Of a DNA stretch of 64,000 nt, positions 1-15,397 are shown in pieces. The notes under the pieces were generated by a model. The model saw only the letters and a list, made by a program, of their open reading frames with translations, did not search any database and had not been told where the DNA came from. Position 1 is the first letter of the stretch; each line of letters begins with the position of its first letter. A program made the position numbers and the translations under genes. The stretch is from Klebsormidium nitens (lineage: Eukaryota > Plantae > Klebsormidiophyceae): NCBI GenBank assembly GCA_000708835.1, contig DF237309.1, forward strand, positions 12,862 through 76,861. The letters are read 5' to 3'.

Positions 1-2472
1 GAGCGGCTACCTTCAAGAACCACATGTTTCCAGATCTCTAGCACGACACTACAGCATGCTCTATCACATAGCGGCCTCCTTGTCTTGCTCGGAACCGACA
101 GAGTAGCGGCTTACCTGCATGAGGGCGTCGGTGAGGAAGGACGTGCCGTACATGACGATGACCTGCGTGAAGATAGCCGCCACCGCCCCTGCAGCCATCA
201 CCGGCGAGTGCATCACACGTCTGCGGCGAGACCTGCCCTCAGGCCACACAGTGACTGCACCAAAACCGCAGTAACCGACCTTCGGCGCAACTCGGCTCTC
301 ATACGTTTTCGAAACACGTGCAATCCGCTGATGTGAGTCAAAATCCAGGGGCAGCGGGGAGGAGCCAATTCCAAAGTGCCCATCGCAGTCACCTTTGACA
401 GCCCTAGTGTGAGAGCCTGGGCAAAGCGCTGCTCACCGACAATGATGACCGACTTGTAGCTGAAGTATTCGGCGGCAGGCGCAGCCGCCACGGCGAAGAG
501 CAACACGGTGAAGATGCTGACGGGGAAGTTGCGCGAGTCCACCACCTGGGGAGGAGCGATCCGCTGGAGGAAACCCCCCTGCAAGCACATTTGCAAGAAC
601 AGTTGAGAACAGACGAAACCTAAACTTGGTCTATCCAGGATTAGAGCAGAAGCCTGATGTATGCTTGATCAAGTGCATTTCCAAGGGCCAACGACAATGG
701 TCGCACTCGCACTAGCTTTTCACCCTTGATGACATAACTATTGTAGACAGGGAAAATGACTCTGTTTTTCATATGGACTTGTTGCTTTTTTGCCACCCGT
801 CCGCATGGGACCGCCAAACTGAAAAGAGGACGATCTGGTCTTGATGTCGGGTGAACATGCCACACACCGTTGTGTTTGCGGGCGGTGGGGCGGCGATGGC
901 CTCCGGGGCCAGCTGCGTGACGCGGATGGCGTTGGCGAGCCCCCCGTCGTCCTTGAAGCCGTCCTCTGGCGCGGCGTGCAGGAACTGGATGAGCAGGTGG
1001 TGATCCGCCACCGCCGTCTTGGCGGTGTACGTGTATGCAGTCAGGCGGCCCCCCGCGCGCTCGACCAGGTCGATGGGCCCCTCCACGGGGTTATCCTGCA
1101 CGCAGCAGGACAAGCGCTTAACGACTTGGCAGCACCAGATGTGTAGACGACGAAGTTTACTGACCATCTGTAACCCCTCTGCAACTCAGCACCTGTCACA
1201 TATTGAGGCGTGTGTACCAAGCAGCTCTATTAACGCATGTCACATTCAGGCAGATCGTGGCGCTAGGTGCCCCAGACAGTGCGCTCACCTGGACCTGGAT
1301 GTAGAAGCCGCGGTCCTTGGGCTCCTGCCACCAGCTCTCGGCCATGTCAATGGACACCTCATACAGGCCGTTCTCCAGGTACGGCAGCGTGTAGTTGAAC
1401 GCGCCCCACCGCTCTGTCCAGTACAGCTGCGGGTCCGCCGTGTTGTTCACGTCCCCTTCGGTCAACCGCACACTGGTCCAGTTGGCGGTCGTGTACTGCG
1501 CGTTCTCCTGTGTGTAAAACCTGCCAAGCGCACCACATGATGGGTGAGCTCTCCAACTGTCCTGCGGCACATCATCAGAGACCTCCTAGCATGGATACAC
1601 GGCCAAGCCTGAATCTCCACTCGAGGCGTCTCTCAGTATTTGCCCCTGAAAAGGTGCATTGTCCGGGCCACACTCTCCTGAGGGCCCATGATGATTTAAC
1701 CGCAGGGCCTGCAGAAGTCGCCCCGCAGCAATCAAACATGTTGCACACACAATTGTCTACCCAGCTTTTTCGTCTGGGCTTCATGTTCTGCATGCTGACA
1801 CTGGCGGGGCGGAGTGATGGCGCATCCCTCAACCATCACAGTACCCTGGCAAGAATGTCTAAGATCTGACCCTCACCCGTCGGGCATATACACCACCCCA
1901 TCAGTGGCAGTGTACGCGTGGTCGTCGGCCACATTGAGGGCATACCCCTTCCTGTAGGCCTCTACTGGAGCAGGGGCGGGGGCGTGCGCCGCCAGGTATG
2001 CGCTCCGAGAGTATGTGGAGTGGGGCTTCAGATACTGCACGTGTGGATTGGGTTGAATTCACAGGATGCCAGGAACACATCACAAGCCGTCGATCAGCCA
2101 TTTGCTAATGCATCTAGTCAGGAAGTGGAATTGTCGATGGTGGTGATGAACGTGACACAAACTTGCACGAGGATAGATTCCACGAGGATAGATTCGAAAA
2201 TTCTGTAGTAACCAACGCAATCCTGAAAGCACCACATGTGAGCACAACGGGAAGAATACGACGTAGCAATCCGCGCGTGGTTGTACTCTTACCTGGACTG
2301 CATTCGGCTGCTGCGGCCGGATCTGCAGCAGGAACACAAAGGCCCCGAGCAGCAGCAGAATGCGCACCAACTGCTTGTCCAGGCCCAGGTTGGGGCGATC
2401 CAGGCCCAGGCGCTCGGCCGCGCGGTCAATGCCGCGCATCACGCTCTGCGCCGTGGCTGAGTCCTCCTCCAT
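1..2472 (-). CDS. Malectin-domain membrane protein, multi-exon, 3' end beyond the window start
   Basis: ATG at 2472. Exon 1 ends in a hydrophobic anchor (LVRILLLLGAFVFLLQ). Later exons give GYALNVADDHAYTATDGVVYMPD, LYWTERWGAFNYTLPYLENGLYEVSIDMAESWWQEPKDRGFYIQVQ and PIDLVERAGG (malectin-like), then a Pro-rich linker and hydrophobic segments (FPVSIFTVLLFAVAAAP; VMAAGAVAAIFTQVIVMYG). Joins are GT-AG and in frame. Confidence 0.7.
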
Positions 2473-4225
2473 GGCGACAAGCTGCAGGTGGCGACACCAT
2501 CACGCAGATCTAAGCAGTCTACTTGGAAGGAGCAACAATCGCAAGTGACATGACAGAGGCATCATTCACCGTGCGGACTACCATCAAGCCCGTATTTGTC
2601 GCAAATCCATGCTCAAACGTCCACCACCACACAAAAGTTGAGGCCCAGCGTGCCCTCAACTAGATCCATGTTGACTCCTGATGGTAGACAGGATAGGCAT
2701 GTTAAGTGTGCCCAAGGGACCACCCCAAAACAAAATGTTGAACACAAGACACGACAACATTAAAATGATCAAGTCCCCTCTCTGTCAATGAGCAATAAAC
2801 GAGAGGCGCTGGACAGCTTGCGTACAAAGTGGAGTCCAAACTATTGTCAATGAGCAACAACCTCTGCATATACGAACCGCACCAAAGCTCGAGGAGAAGC
2901 TATGATCCACCTAAACCATCTGACATGCAGGAGATCTGTGACCAGCTTCAGCGGACCGATCGACCCAATCTAAAGGGGAGAACTGCTGAGATTTGTCTTG
3001 GAAACTGCTCGAGGACACAACGCGAAGGGTCAGCATCATCCTTTCAAGTGAAAAACAGACTCAGTAAGGCACCGCTCATCTTGCTTCATCCCATGCTTCT
3101 GCAGCTACAAAGTTTGAAAAGATCTGGGTAGGTATTAGCAGACCGTACATACCTTGAGAAGCAAGCCTCCTCGGGTATGAGGAAAAGGCCAGACCCTCTA
3201 CCGGAATGCCTCAGGGTTCTGGTCTACCTATGGGTAAGCACTTCAAAGCGGCCGGAAGCTCACAGCGTTTACCTGACTTCCTCGAGTCTCTCCGCAGTTG
3301 CATCTACCCAGGTCCTAGCTCATTGCTTCTCAGGAGGTAGGTGAAAGTAGTGAGTAGTGCAATGACTGTGCATGTGACTCAATCGCCTCCACTTGAACTT
3401 TGCACAATGCAAATTGCAACTCATGTCTCTTCCATCTGCACACTCGTGAGCGTTCTTTACGGAAAGCCGCACGATGTCTCTCTTTGACGGGTCCCGGGAG
3501 TACGAACATCTGCACGTGCCAAATCACACGTGAACTTTGGGCAAATCTGGAGAAGAGGTCTCTTCTCAAAATTCAAATAGGCCAATGGCAAAGGCTTCTT
3601 ATGACACACAATTGAATGTCTATGTTCGTCGAAACTCGATGCATGTTGAGTTGCTTGCTTCCACAACCGTCAACATCAGTGACAGATCGTCTAAGTATGA
3701 TTCCATGGTGTATTGACCGATTCCACTGCGGGCTCATGACCGGCACACTAGATCATGATGGCTACATGTCTGATTTGATATTTGAGATAATCTTGCAGTC
3801 CCAATGAGCACCTAGTATAGCCACTCTTAGCGAGGGCATCACTGTCACCCCGTGTCTGCCGGAGATCTTGTTCAGGCCATGGCCCAAAGTGCGTAAGGGC
3901 TTCGACGATGACATTTAAACATTGCATTGCTATAATGATGTAGTCAAACCATCATACACTATGGTACCTTGCGTCAGATTGATACCATTCTTCCGGTAAG
4001 TACAGGCTACATGTGGCTAGTCAAATGGGCAACTAGAACAGCACTAATTAGCCGGCGGAGCGTAAAGGTAACATGTTAAGGTGGCCAGAACGACACAGCA
4101 TGTGTTACTACCTCGATGTACATGATGCAAAGCGCGGCACACGCTTGCAACATTCAGAAGAAAGATTGATGACGGAAAGAGACAATCGTAGACATATCAG
4201 GTTCGACGAGCTCAAGCACTGCAAA

Positions 4226-6507
<2,282 letters not shown>

Positions 6508-7780
6508 TGCGTCTGCCCCTGGCGTCTACGTCTCTTCCCCCGCTCCAGAAAACCGCCTTGCCGCCCAGCCCCAGGAACGACCAGCTGAAGAGGAAGAAGA
6601 TGAGGCCCTTCGAGGGGAGGTCTGATGGGGGGCACCAGTTTAGAATGAGTGCACAGCTTCGACTCGAGGAGTTCTAATCGGCGGTCCCAACTCCATTGGC
6701 CCGAAGACGTCTCAAGTCTCGATCATTCTCCAATTCTCATTCTACAATCCGGTCTGCATACCGGTACACAGCTTGAGCTGGGTGCACCAACCTCGCAGAG
6801 TTGGAACTCCGAGTCTCTGCTGGCACCATGATCTTAGGCTGGTTGCAGAGCTTCAACCTTCAGAGCTTTGTATTTGCAGGGACCACTTCCACTCTCAGTG
6901 GTTGGGCACAGACGCTGGCAGGAGTGAGCGGACCAATTCACAGGAGCTCGTATATGAGTAATTCTGGAATGGAGGTGTTGGGAGTAACATTTGGCTGGGC
7001 GTGAGTCCAGCGGGGGAGGACTTTCAGCATTCGCAAGACGCTGGCTGTCACTTGACCTGCTGACTTTCCGACACAAACATTGTGCTCAGTAGCTGGAAGT
7101 ACCTTGGTGGGCAGATATGTGCAAGGAGTTTGTCAAATGAAACGAGGGATAGCTCATGTGACAAGGGTTGAGGCAGGTGGACACGCCATAAAGGCATTTC
7201 TTTCTTTCCAATTGCGTGTGCTGAGAGTCGCCCATTGATGTCAACCGCAAGATCCTTCAGCTTGGTGAGTACGTCACAACAAGGCAACTTCTATGAATTT
7301 GGTGCGTGTTCCAGTGAGCAATTGTTTGGTGGACTCGTGAAGTGGTCGGATAGTCAATCTGGTTGAAACATGTGCTGCAACAACCTGAATGATTCGCATT
7401 GGTGGCATCTTTGTATAGGATGCTTAAGCTTCAGCTCTGCCACTTCAGCAATTAGCACTTCAACACAACCGCAATGCTGGTCGGGCAATCTAGTTTGCAA
7501 GACGTTTATTGTCGACGATGTCGTGTATCCTGTTGTAGTCTGCCGGGATTCATTTATCTTGGAAACATCCATCGGAGTAGGGTCGCGCAATAAGTGCTAT
7601 CAACGTCTAGCATGATCTTCTTACAAAGATCGATGACATGGACTATATCAGTCCCCTCATCCTTCTATTATGCAGGCTAGGCTGGCGGGCACAAGTGGGG
7701 CAAGCCCACCGTGATGCTGGTCAGAAGGCTAGCTAGTGGAGGAAACGGCATCTCCACCCGGAACCAAGGCAGGCACGGGG

Positions 7781-10700
7781 ATGGCAGCAGATGGCAGCCG
7801 GCCGGATCGCTCGATTCTCTGGGAGGGGGCCGTGCCGGTGGCGCCGGGGCTGGCCTACCTGGGGTCTACGAACGCGGGGTTCGATCCGCAGGTTCTCAAA
7901 GATCGGCATGTGCCGATCTTTGAGATGCCCCCCGGCTTCTTCCCCGCTCACCACAAGCACGGGCCCCCTCCAAGCGCTGCCGCTACGACAAAGCCGGGAA
8001 ACTCCAAAGGCCCATCTGGCAAGGCAAAGAAAGGAGGCGCCAAAGCGGCGGCCAAAGCGTCGGAGGCTAGCGGGCCATTGCAAAGCAAGCCTGCTGCTGC
8101 CCCTGCTCACCATGGCAAGACGCCCTCTAACGGGCCACCGAAGCCTGCTGTGTCTGAGTCAGCTGAAAGGTCGGACTCGGGCACGCCTGCGAGCGTTCCC
8201 TTTTCGCAGCCTGCAATCCAGGCTCGGAAGCTGACGGAGAGCGAGGCGCGTGAACTGGAGAGGCAAGCTGCGGCGACCAGGATCGACTACAGCAAGTGGG
8301 CGGCCATAGTGGACAGCGACGATGAGAGGAGCGGAGGGGGGGGGGTCGGGGCAGGACGAGGGAGGAGCTTCGGACGATGAAGTGGACGAATACGGCTGGG
8401 TGTTTGACGAGGATGTGGGGCATAACGTGTGGTCCACAACGGGCAGGACGATCAAGCGCAGCGAGGCAATCGCGCGCGGCCAGACGGTCTGCCGGCCAGG
8501 AAAGGGCGGCAAGGAGAAGCGGAGGAACTACGTGATGCCAGAGTTTGGGAGTGTGGACTTCTTTGAGCATATGGCGAGGTGGAGCATGTCAGCAGAGGGG
8601 AAAGCCGCCCTTGCCGCGCAGGCACAGGCCTCAGACAGAGGGCCCGACGCGGATGAGGACCACGAGGAGGGGGCCAACACTGAGGGGGGAGGGAAGCAGG
8701 GGCAGGCGAGTAGCAGAAGTCAGACCGATGGAACCGCGGCAGCAAAGGGGAGGCCAATCGATTACAGCAAGTGGGACGCGTTTGAGGACAGTGATGACGA
8801 GCGTGAGAGGGCGGCGGCGCAAGGGAAGGGGTGCTGCCGGCACTGCAAGTGCTGCTACCCAGACGGGAATGACTCGGACTCGGAGTGCAGCGACGACGGG
8901 CATGACCACCGCCACCGGCAAGTGCACACAGTGCCGGGGAGGACGCGCGACGATTCCCCAGAGCCGCGCAGCGATGCCGCTCCCAAGACGCGGGGGCGAG
9001 GCATGCGAGGTGTTGGGGGTAGAGGAGCGGGGGAGCCGCCTCCGTCTCGTGCTCCACGGGCTGGTCTCGCGAGTGTCGGCGAAGGTTCGAAGCATGAGAA
9101 GGAACGCGCTGTGGGGATTAAAGAAAGTGAGAGCGCAGCCAAGAAGCCGGGCCTCAAGGGCGGCTTCTTTGCGCCCAAGGCCGCAGCAAAGGCAACTGAA
9201 GAAGCGCCAGGGAGGAGTGGGAAGGAGGCGGGGGATGCGGGTTCGCAGAAGCCGTCTGTGGACGACCTGCGGATCTATCACAAGCTGGGGGGAACTGCGA
9301 AGCCCTTGACGGCCTTCCCGCTCAAGAGTCCAGAGGAGCAGGAGAACTGGTGGATGTACATTGTGAGACTCGCCGGGGCTGACCATCAATCTTCCGTCTG
9401 TGCCTTTCGAAAAAGTCCAAGTTTAACACACCAAATCTGCACAGCTGGAATGTTCCGATTTCTTGTCAGGGCGCCAGTCGTTCTTGCCCACTTCATCCTT
9501 TCCTATCTGCTTTGCGCAACAGATGACGACCGCTCTGCACGTATTTGACAGTAAACTCGTGCTGACGTCCATGGACGTACTACTTGTGATTCTTCCCGGA
9601 TAACCACACCGTGCGAATGGTCGTTCGTTCATAACTGACGTGCTTACGAGTTTCCACCTGATGCAGCATTCGGACGGCCGGCTCTACTTCGTGCGTGCTG
9701 GCAGCTCCGGGCTGGGCACGTGGTGGAAGCCGGAGGAGCTGCTCGACGTCACTGAGGCCCCGACGGGTGAGCTTCCGCCAGCATGGTGGAAGCTCAAGCA
9801 ACTTGACGCTCTGAACCCATCTATGCACTTGCGTCTTGTCTCAGCATGGAGACAATCAGGGCTTTTGCAGTCGCTTTCAATAGTGTCAGCTTCTTAGCGA
9901 GGAGTGTGTTTGCCCCATTCCTTCGTTGCCTTGAGCCTCTTATTTTCACCGAGATCGATCTCGTGTTGAACGATAGCTTTGTGGGCATCCGCCCATCCCC
10001 GCCCCCTCCTCTCGGCCCAGTCTGCGCCCCTTGTGCCCCAGCCACTGACGTAATCGCATGTGTCCGGCGCAGGGTGGCAGGAGCTGTACGACAAGACGGG
10101 CCGCGTGTATTACTACCACGCCGCCTCGGGCTGCTCGCTGGACACAATTCCCGACGACCTGGCCGTGGCGCGCTTCTCGTGGCCGGGCCGGAACGGCAGC
10201 GGCCCCCGAATGGACCTCATGGCGGAGGCGGCCTGGCACGACATCTGCAAGCACGCGCGCGGGGCGGCCACGCGGGTGAGCTCGCGCGGGGGGCGGACAT
10301 GCAAAGCTGAGCCGGAGGGGGCAAGGCTAACCCAGGATACTCTCAAGATGCGATCATACACCTACTCTCTGGCCGGCTTTGCGACGGCGTGCTCGATCAT
10401 CCCAGTTTCGCTGCATTGCTCTCATTTGCTGGCCCAAAACGGCGGGAGCTCCGACTGAGTGTGGTGTGTTTCAATCCGCAGGAGGAGGCTGCGGAGCGCG
10501 CAATCGCGTCCATGCGCTTCTCGCGCTTCTTCCCCGCGGGCCTCGACCCCGCGTCCTTGCCGGGCCTGCAGGACACCATCCGCAAGCGCATGCACGCCGA
10601 GTGGCCCGCCTGCTGCGAGGAAGGCGAGCAACCGGGGTTGCGCTGCCCGGTCGGCAAGCTCACCGACTTCCCGCCTAAGTTCCCGGAGAGGCACCACCAG

Positions 10701-13700
10701 TGGCTCTCCTATAAGGTGGGGGCGCCAGTCGAGACTGCGGGGCGTCTTAAAGTCCCAAGGGAGAGGCAACCCTTCTGGTATCTGCTTCTGTCCGGACGGA
10801 TGATCAGCACTTTGGAGGGGCCCTCACGATTCTTTGCTTGTCTCGTTGTTCTGCAGTTCGCCCTGGTTCTTCAGTCGCTTGACAATCGTCACTGCCGGTG
10901 CCTGAGGCTCAGGCAACCCATTCCGGCGAGAGGACCCACGTCTTGCAACACAGGACATCCGTTACGCTCTGAATTGCACCCAAGGCCATTGCAATTACTG
11001 CTTGTAACAGCTGCGTGTGTGTGTGGCTGTGTGCAGCACGCAGAGGGGCGCTTCTACTTCGTCCACACCGACGACCCCGGCCCCGGCACGTGGTATCGTC
11101 CCGAGGACCTGCTCGACATCCCCGAGTACATCACCGGTGCGTACGTGGGGCAGCCGGCACCAGGGGGATCCCCCATTCCAGGACAAAGTTTATATATACG
11201 TGGGCTGCGTTTCATTGGCATATTTTCGAGCCATCCTGTTCTGGCTGGTGCCCTATCTTCTGTATACCGCTGATCTCTTACCTTGCATTCTCGGCGGTGC
11301 CCTGACGTGTGTTTCGTGGTTGTCCCAGGCTGGCAGCAGGTTCTCGGCACCGGCCCGGGGTCGATGTCGTACTACCACGTGGACGAGTGCCGGAGCCAGA
11401 AAGCCCTTCCTGCCGTGCTGGCCAAGGCGCGTCTGCTGCAAGAGCACTGCCCCTTCTTGACACCCCACCTGGCCGCGCGCAGGTTTCCGGCCTTCCTGAA
11501 GCATATGGAACAGGCCAAGACAGAGGTGCGGTGACCGATTCTGCACTTCGTCCTTGGTTTGTGACTTTAGTCTGGTACTGTACGTTCTGCTCCAGTAATT
11601 AGGATCGTAGAGCAGACGGTTCCAGCAGTATCTCTTGGTAATTACTGCAGGAGTAGCAGACATTTGAAACTTTTCTGCGTCGCATTTCTTGATGCCCTCA
11701 TATGGTGGGATAAGTTCCGTTGAAAGCTTTTCATCCGCGATGTCGAGCATCAACCAGGTTATCTCTCGCAGCCTTCTGGAGGAAACCATCAAGCCCGCTC
11801 TTATGAATGCGACAAGCTTTCAGCGACTGGCCTTCGCGGCCATTTTCCCCAGCAGCAAACGCCCAGAAAGCCAAATCTTGTGACAAGCCAAAGATGCGAT
11901 CTGCCGGCTGTGCAGGCGCACGCGGAGCGGCTCGCTGCGGAAGCTGTGGCGAAGTATCTGAAGGTTCCGCCGCCGTCCGTACCCAGTTCTGTACCTGACC
12001 CGCGGCCTCAGAGCAGCGGGAGCCAAGCACACGGCAGTGAGCGCAAGACTGCTGACAACAGCTCAGGGCCTTCCAACGGGAGTCAGCGCAAGGCGGCCGC
12101 TGACGGCAGCAAGGCGGCACCGGCGAAGCAGGGCGGGACTTCGGGGCCGCGGTTTAGCGTGGAGAATTTCCAGCTGACACGCTACCGGCGGATGCAGGAG
12201 CAAGTTTACCACGACTGGCAGGCCTACAAGGTGCGCCCCCCGCTGCAAAGCACCCGACTCTCCGCTGTTGCTCGTCCATCGCTCTTCTTTTGATTTTGCA
12301 TGAGCGGACGTAAAGTAGGCACTTTTTTTGTCTGTGTCCAAGCAATGCTGCGAAGCAAGAAACCTGCTCTGGTGTCGTCAAACGTTTATGTCAACGATCT
12401 TTCTCCCGATCTTGCCGTTGCACGTAGATTATTTGGCAGTCTGAGTCTGATGGTTTGCTCGTCGGTCCGCTGTGCAGCACGCAGACGGGCGGCTCTACTT
12501 TGTGCGCGAGGGCGACCCCGGCCCCGGCACGTGGCGCAAGCCGTACGACCTGCAAGACGCCACAGAGGGCCTCTCGGGTAAGCGCTTCAACCTTCTAAAT
12601 CGCGAGTTTGTTTGCGTTCTGCCTAGCACACGCGCAAGGCTGCGTGTACACCGCGTCAGCTGGCCTATCGGTGCTGGGCTGCTCTAGCGATCCAATCGAG
12701 TTTCGCTTTCTTGCAACGAACCGTCAGAGTTAGGCAGAACTTTACCGAAGGTGTCTCAACTTCAGATCAACTTCAGATCATGATACAAAGCTCTGCACTA
12801 TGATGACCGTGGGTGTGCTGTGCGCACGTGCAGGGTGGCAGGATCTGACAGACGCGGATGGGCGACCGTACTACTGGCACGACGGCCAGCAGCGTCGCTC
12901 AACCGCGCTCCCCGAGGAGCTGCGGCAGGCACGGGACCTGGCGGACCGAGAGTCGGGGAATTACGGGCCACTGCCCGACCCGGCAGAAGTGATTGACCTC
13001 ATGCTCACAGCCAAGACGGTGAGGGGTCATTCGCTGGGTCCTCACGGTGATTTCGGTTGCGGATTGTTTACTGCATGCAGCATCTGCTGTTTGTAGACCA
13101 TGAATTGCCGTTGGCGAATTGTACGCCAGGGCTGCTCAGAGCACAGTGTGCTAGGAATCAATGTCGACGGCTTGCTTCTCGAAGAAGTTGGCTCCGTTGC
13201 AAACGTGCATGCAGCCTGATCTATTGTTTCGTGTGCCTTGGCAGCCCGAAGATGTCACGGAGGGGATCATGCGCGGCGCACTGACGGCAGGCATGACCGA
13301 GGCGGACAAAGCGGTGATGCACCGGCTGGTGGCGGCCAAGATGGCGGAGAAGTGGCCCGAGGTGCAGGCAGCACAGCCCAACCCCGCACCCGCCCGGAAC
13401 AGAGCCCCGGGGGCCAACGCGACGCCCAGCGGGGCGGCCGCGAGGTCCGGAGCGGCTGACGGGAAGAGCGGGAAAGCGGGGGCGCAGGCTGACGTCAGCA
13501 GAAGGAAAGAGGACGCCAACGGGAGGCGAGATGGGGCGGTCAAGGGGGCCGCCGGGGCGGGGACAGCGACGAGCAGCGGGGCAAAGGCGGGGACAGCAGG
13601 CACGACTCCCTCGGACGAGGACGCGGCGGCGGGCGAGGATGCAGGGGAGGGCGGGTACCGGGTGGGGCCGGGCGGGGAGCGCGTGAAGGTGTGCTGGAGC

Positions 13701-14210
13701 TGCGGCAAGGACGAGACGGAGGCCGGCAAGTTCAAGAAGTGCGACGCGTGTGCGCGGGCGCGCTACTGCTCACGTGAGGCCGCCCCTCCTGCGCAAAGCC
13801 ACCCAATGTTGTCAAGACGTCTGCGTCATGGAGCGTATTTCGGTGCAAGCAAGAGTCACCAGCTTGCAAAAGTCCGGTCAATCCTGTCTTGCTTCCTTGC
13901 TCCCCAGCTTCTGTTCTGAGTGCCATCCATCTCTGCCTCAAAAATGATGTTTAGTTGTTCATCTTAACTGTCTCCGTCCACTTATGCTCCAAGTCGCGGC
14001 CACTGAGGAAGGCTTGCGCCACATGGTCGGACTAAGCGGAGTACCTGGCAAGTTTTTCCGAAGTCGACAGATGTAAGCCGCTTTCAATGTATGTGTGCTG
14101 TCTTGGCTGCAGGCGATTGTCAGCGCGACCACTGGAGGTCGCACAAGGACGTGTGCAGAGAATGGGCGGCGGAACGGCTCAAACGAAAGCTGGCAGCCAA
14201 CAACGGATGA
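7781..14210 (+). CDS. Large protein with two DYSKW/SDDE motifs, three tandem pairs of WW-like domains and a C-terminal MYND zinc finger; apparent frameshift at 8336-8345
   Basis: MYND finger CWSC...KKCDACARARYCSR|DCQRDHWRSHKDVC is joined across an intron (last exon ends TGA 14210). WW-like units include WWMYIHSDGRLYF...GTWWKP and GWQELYDKTGRVYYYH. The 5' ORF (7736 frame) and the 8322 frame join only if the G10 run loses one G. The start codon is uncertain. Confidence 0.75.
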
Positions 14211-15397
14211 ACGCTGTTCGGAGCTGCACTGCTGGTTGGTGCTCGGAAGATCGTAAAAAGAGGTTTTATTGGTCGTCAAGACACAATTATTGGTAGGGGT
14301 TGATCGAGGTTTTGATGTAACGTCGTTCCGACGCACCAGATTGCTGATTACCCGACTTTAGGTACTACGGTCCGGCCCAAAATCGTTGTCCCATCGAGGA
14401 TGATGAAATAGACACTCGAGAACACAGCATATGCATGGGCAATCTGGGTCGGGGCCGCTGCTGTGCAGCTTGCGTGCAGCCGTCGGCGCCAATGAATCCA
14501 TGTCGATGGTCATGAGGTGCCCTCCGACATGCCACCATGTCGGCATGCCATGACATCAGGCTTGACAAGCTAAGCGAGTCTTAACGTCGGCCCGGGCGTT
14601 GATCTACTGAGCTGTGGGGCGTCATTAACTTATATACATTAATGTATATATTTGTAGCTGCCGCGGCCGGGCGCGGCCGGCGCCCGCGGCCCTCAGCTCG
14701 ATTCATACTAAGCTTAGCCCGATCGACTTAAGTGTTTCAATCATACCTTCTGCCCTTTTTGTGGTAGGTGCTGGCGGCTCCCGCGTCGGATCAGTATACG
14801 CACACATGCAGCCGCGCTAGCTGCAATTGATCTGATCCTGCGATCGTTGCATTGCAGGCACGGCCCGCTGCGGGCCGGACGTAGTGCCACCCGGGCACCA
14901 ATTTGGAATTAGTACGTCTTGTACAACTTGTATACCATGCCGCCATGTACGGTACGTATACATGGTCACTAAGTTCTTTCCATACATCGATGTCGCGCGG
15001 CTGCAGCTTTCGAGGATAAAAGCATGCAACCGAGTGCATGCGCACCGGCCATATGAGCTTCCGATGTTCCGGACCCCGGGGCCACCGGCAGCCGTGAAGG
15101 TTCCTTGACAATATATTAAAGTCACCGCTTTCATAAGATAATGGGTGCAGCTTGTGCCCGGGGCCGGTACATATAGTCACGCTGACGAATTATAAGACTG
15201 ATCATTGCTCTTGAACTGCTCAATGAAGCAATGTTTTGTGGAAAGTGGTTGCATGCCGCCAGACTCGAATTGGAGCATCAAGGAGCTTGCAAAGGCCAAT
15301 CCCATGCATCCAAACGGAGTGGGCAAAATGTATACTAACGAGGACCTGGCACCTGACACAATTGCGATCGGCCATAGCAAGAAAGAACAATGACTAT

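Noticed and set aside
3690-3800. Possible C/D snoRNA (ATGATT...CTGA)
   Set aside because: Non-consensus C box, no terminal stem and no recognised rRNA guide.
6660-7090. Protein-like minus-strand frame with in-frame stops
   Set aside because: No recognisable motif and three stops; it cannot be distinguished from chance.
11253-11792. Minus-strand 179-aa ORF inside the WW gene
   Set aside because: Antisense to an intron and exon of a well-supported gene; no motif.
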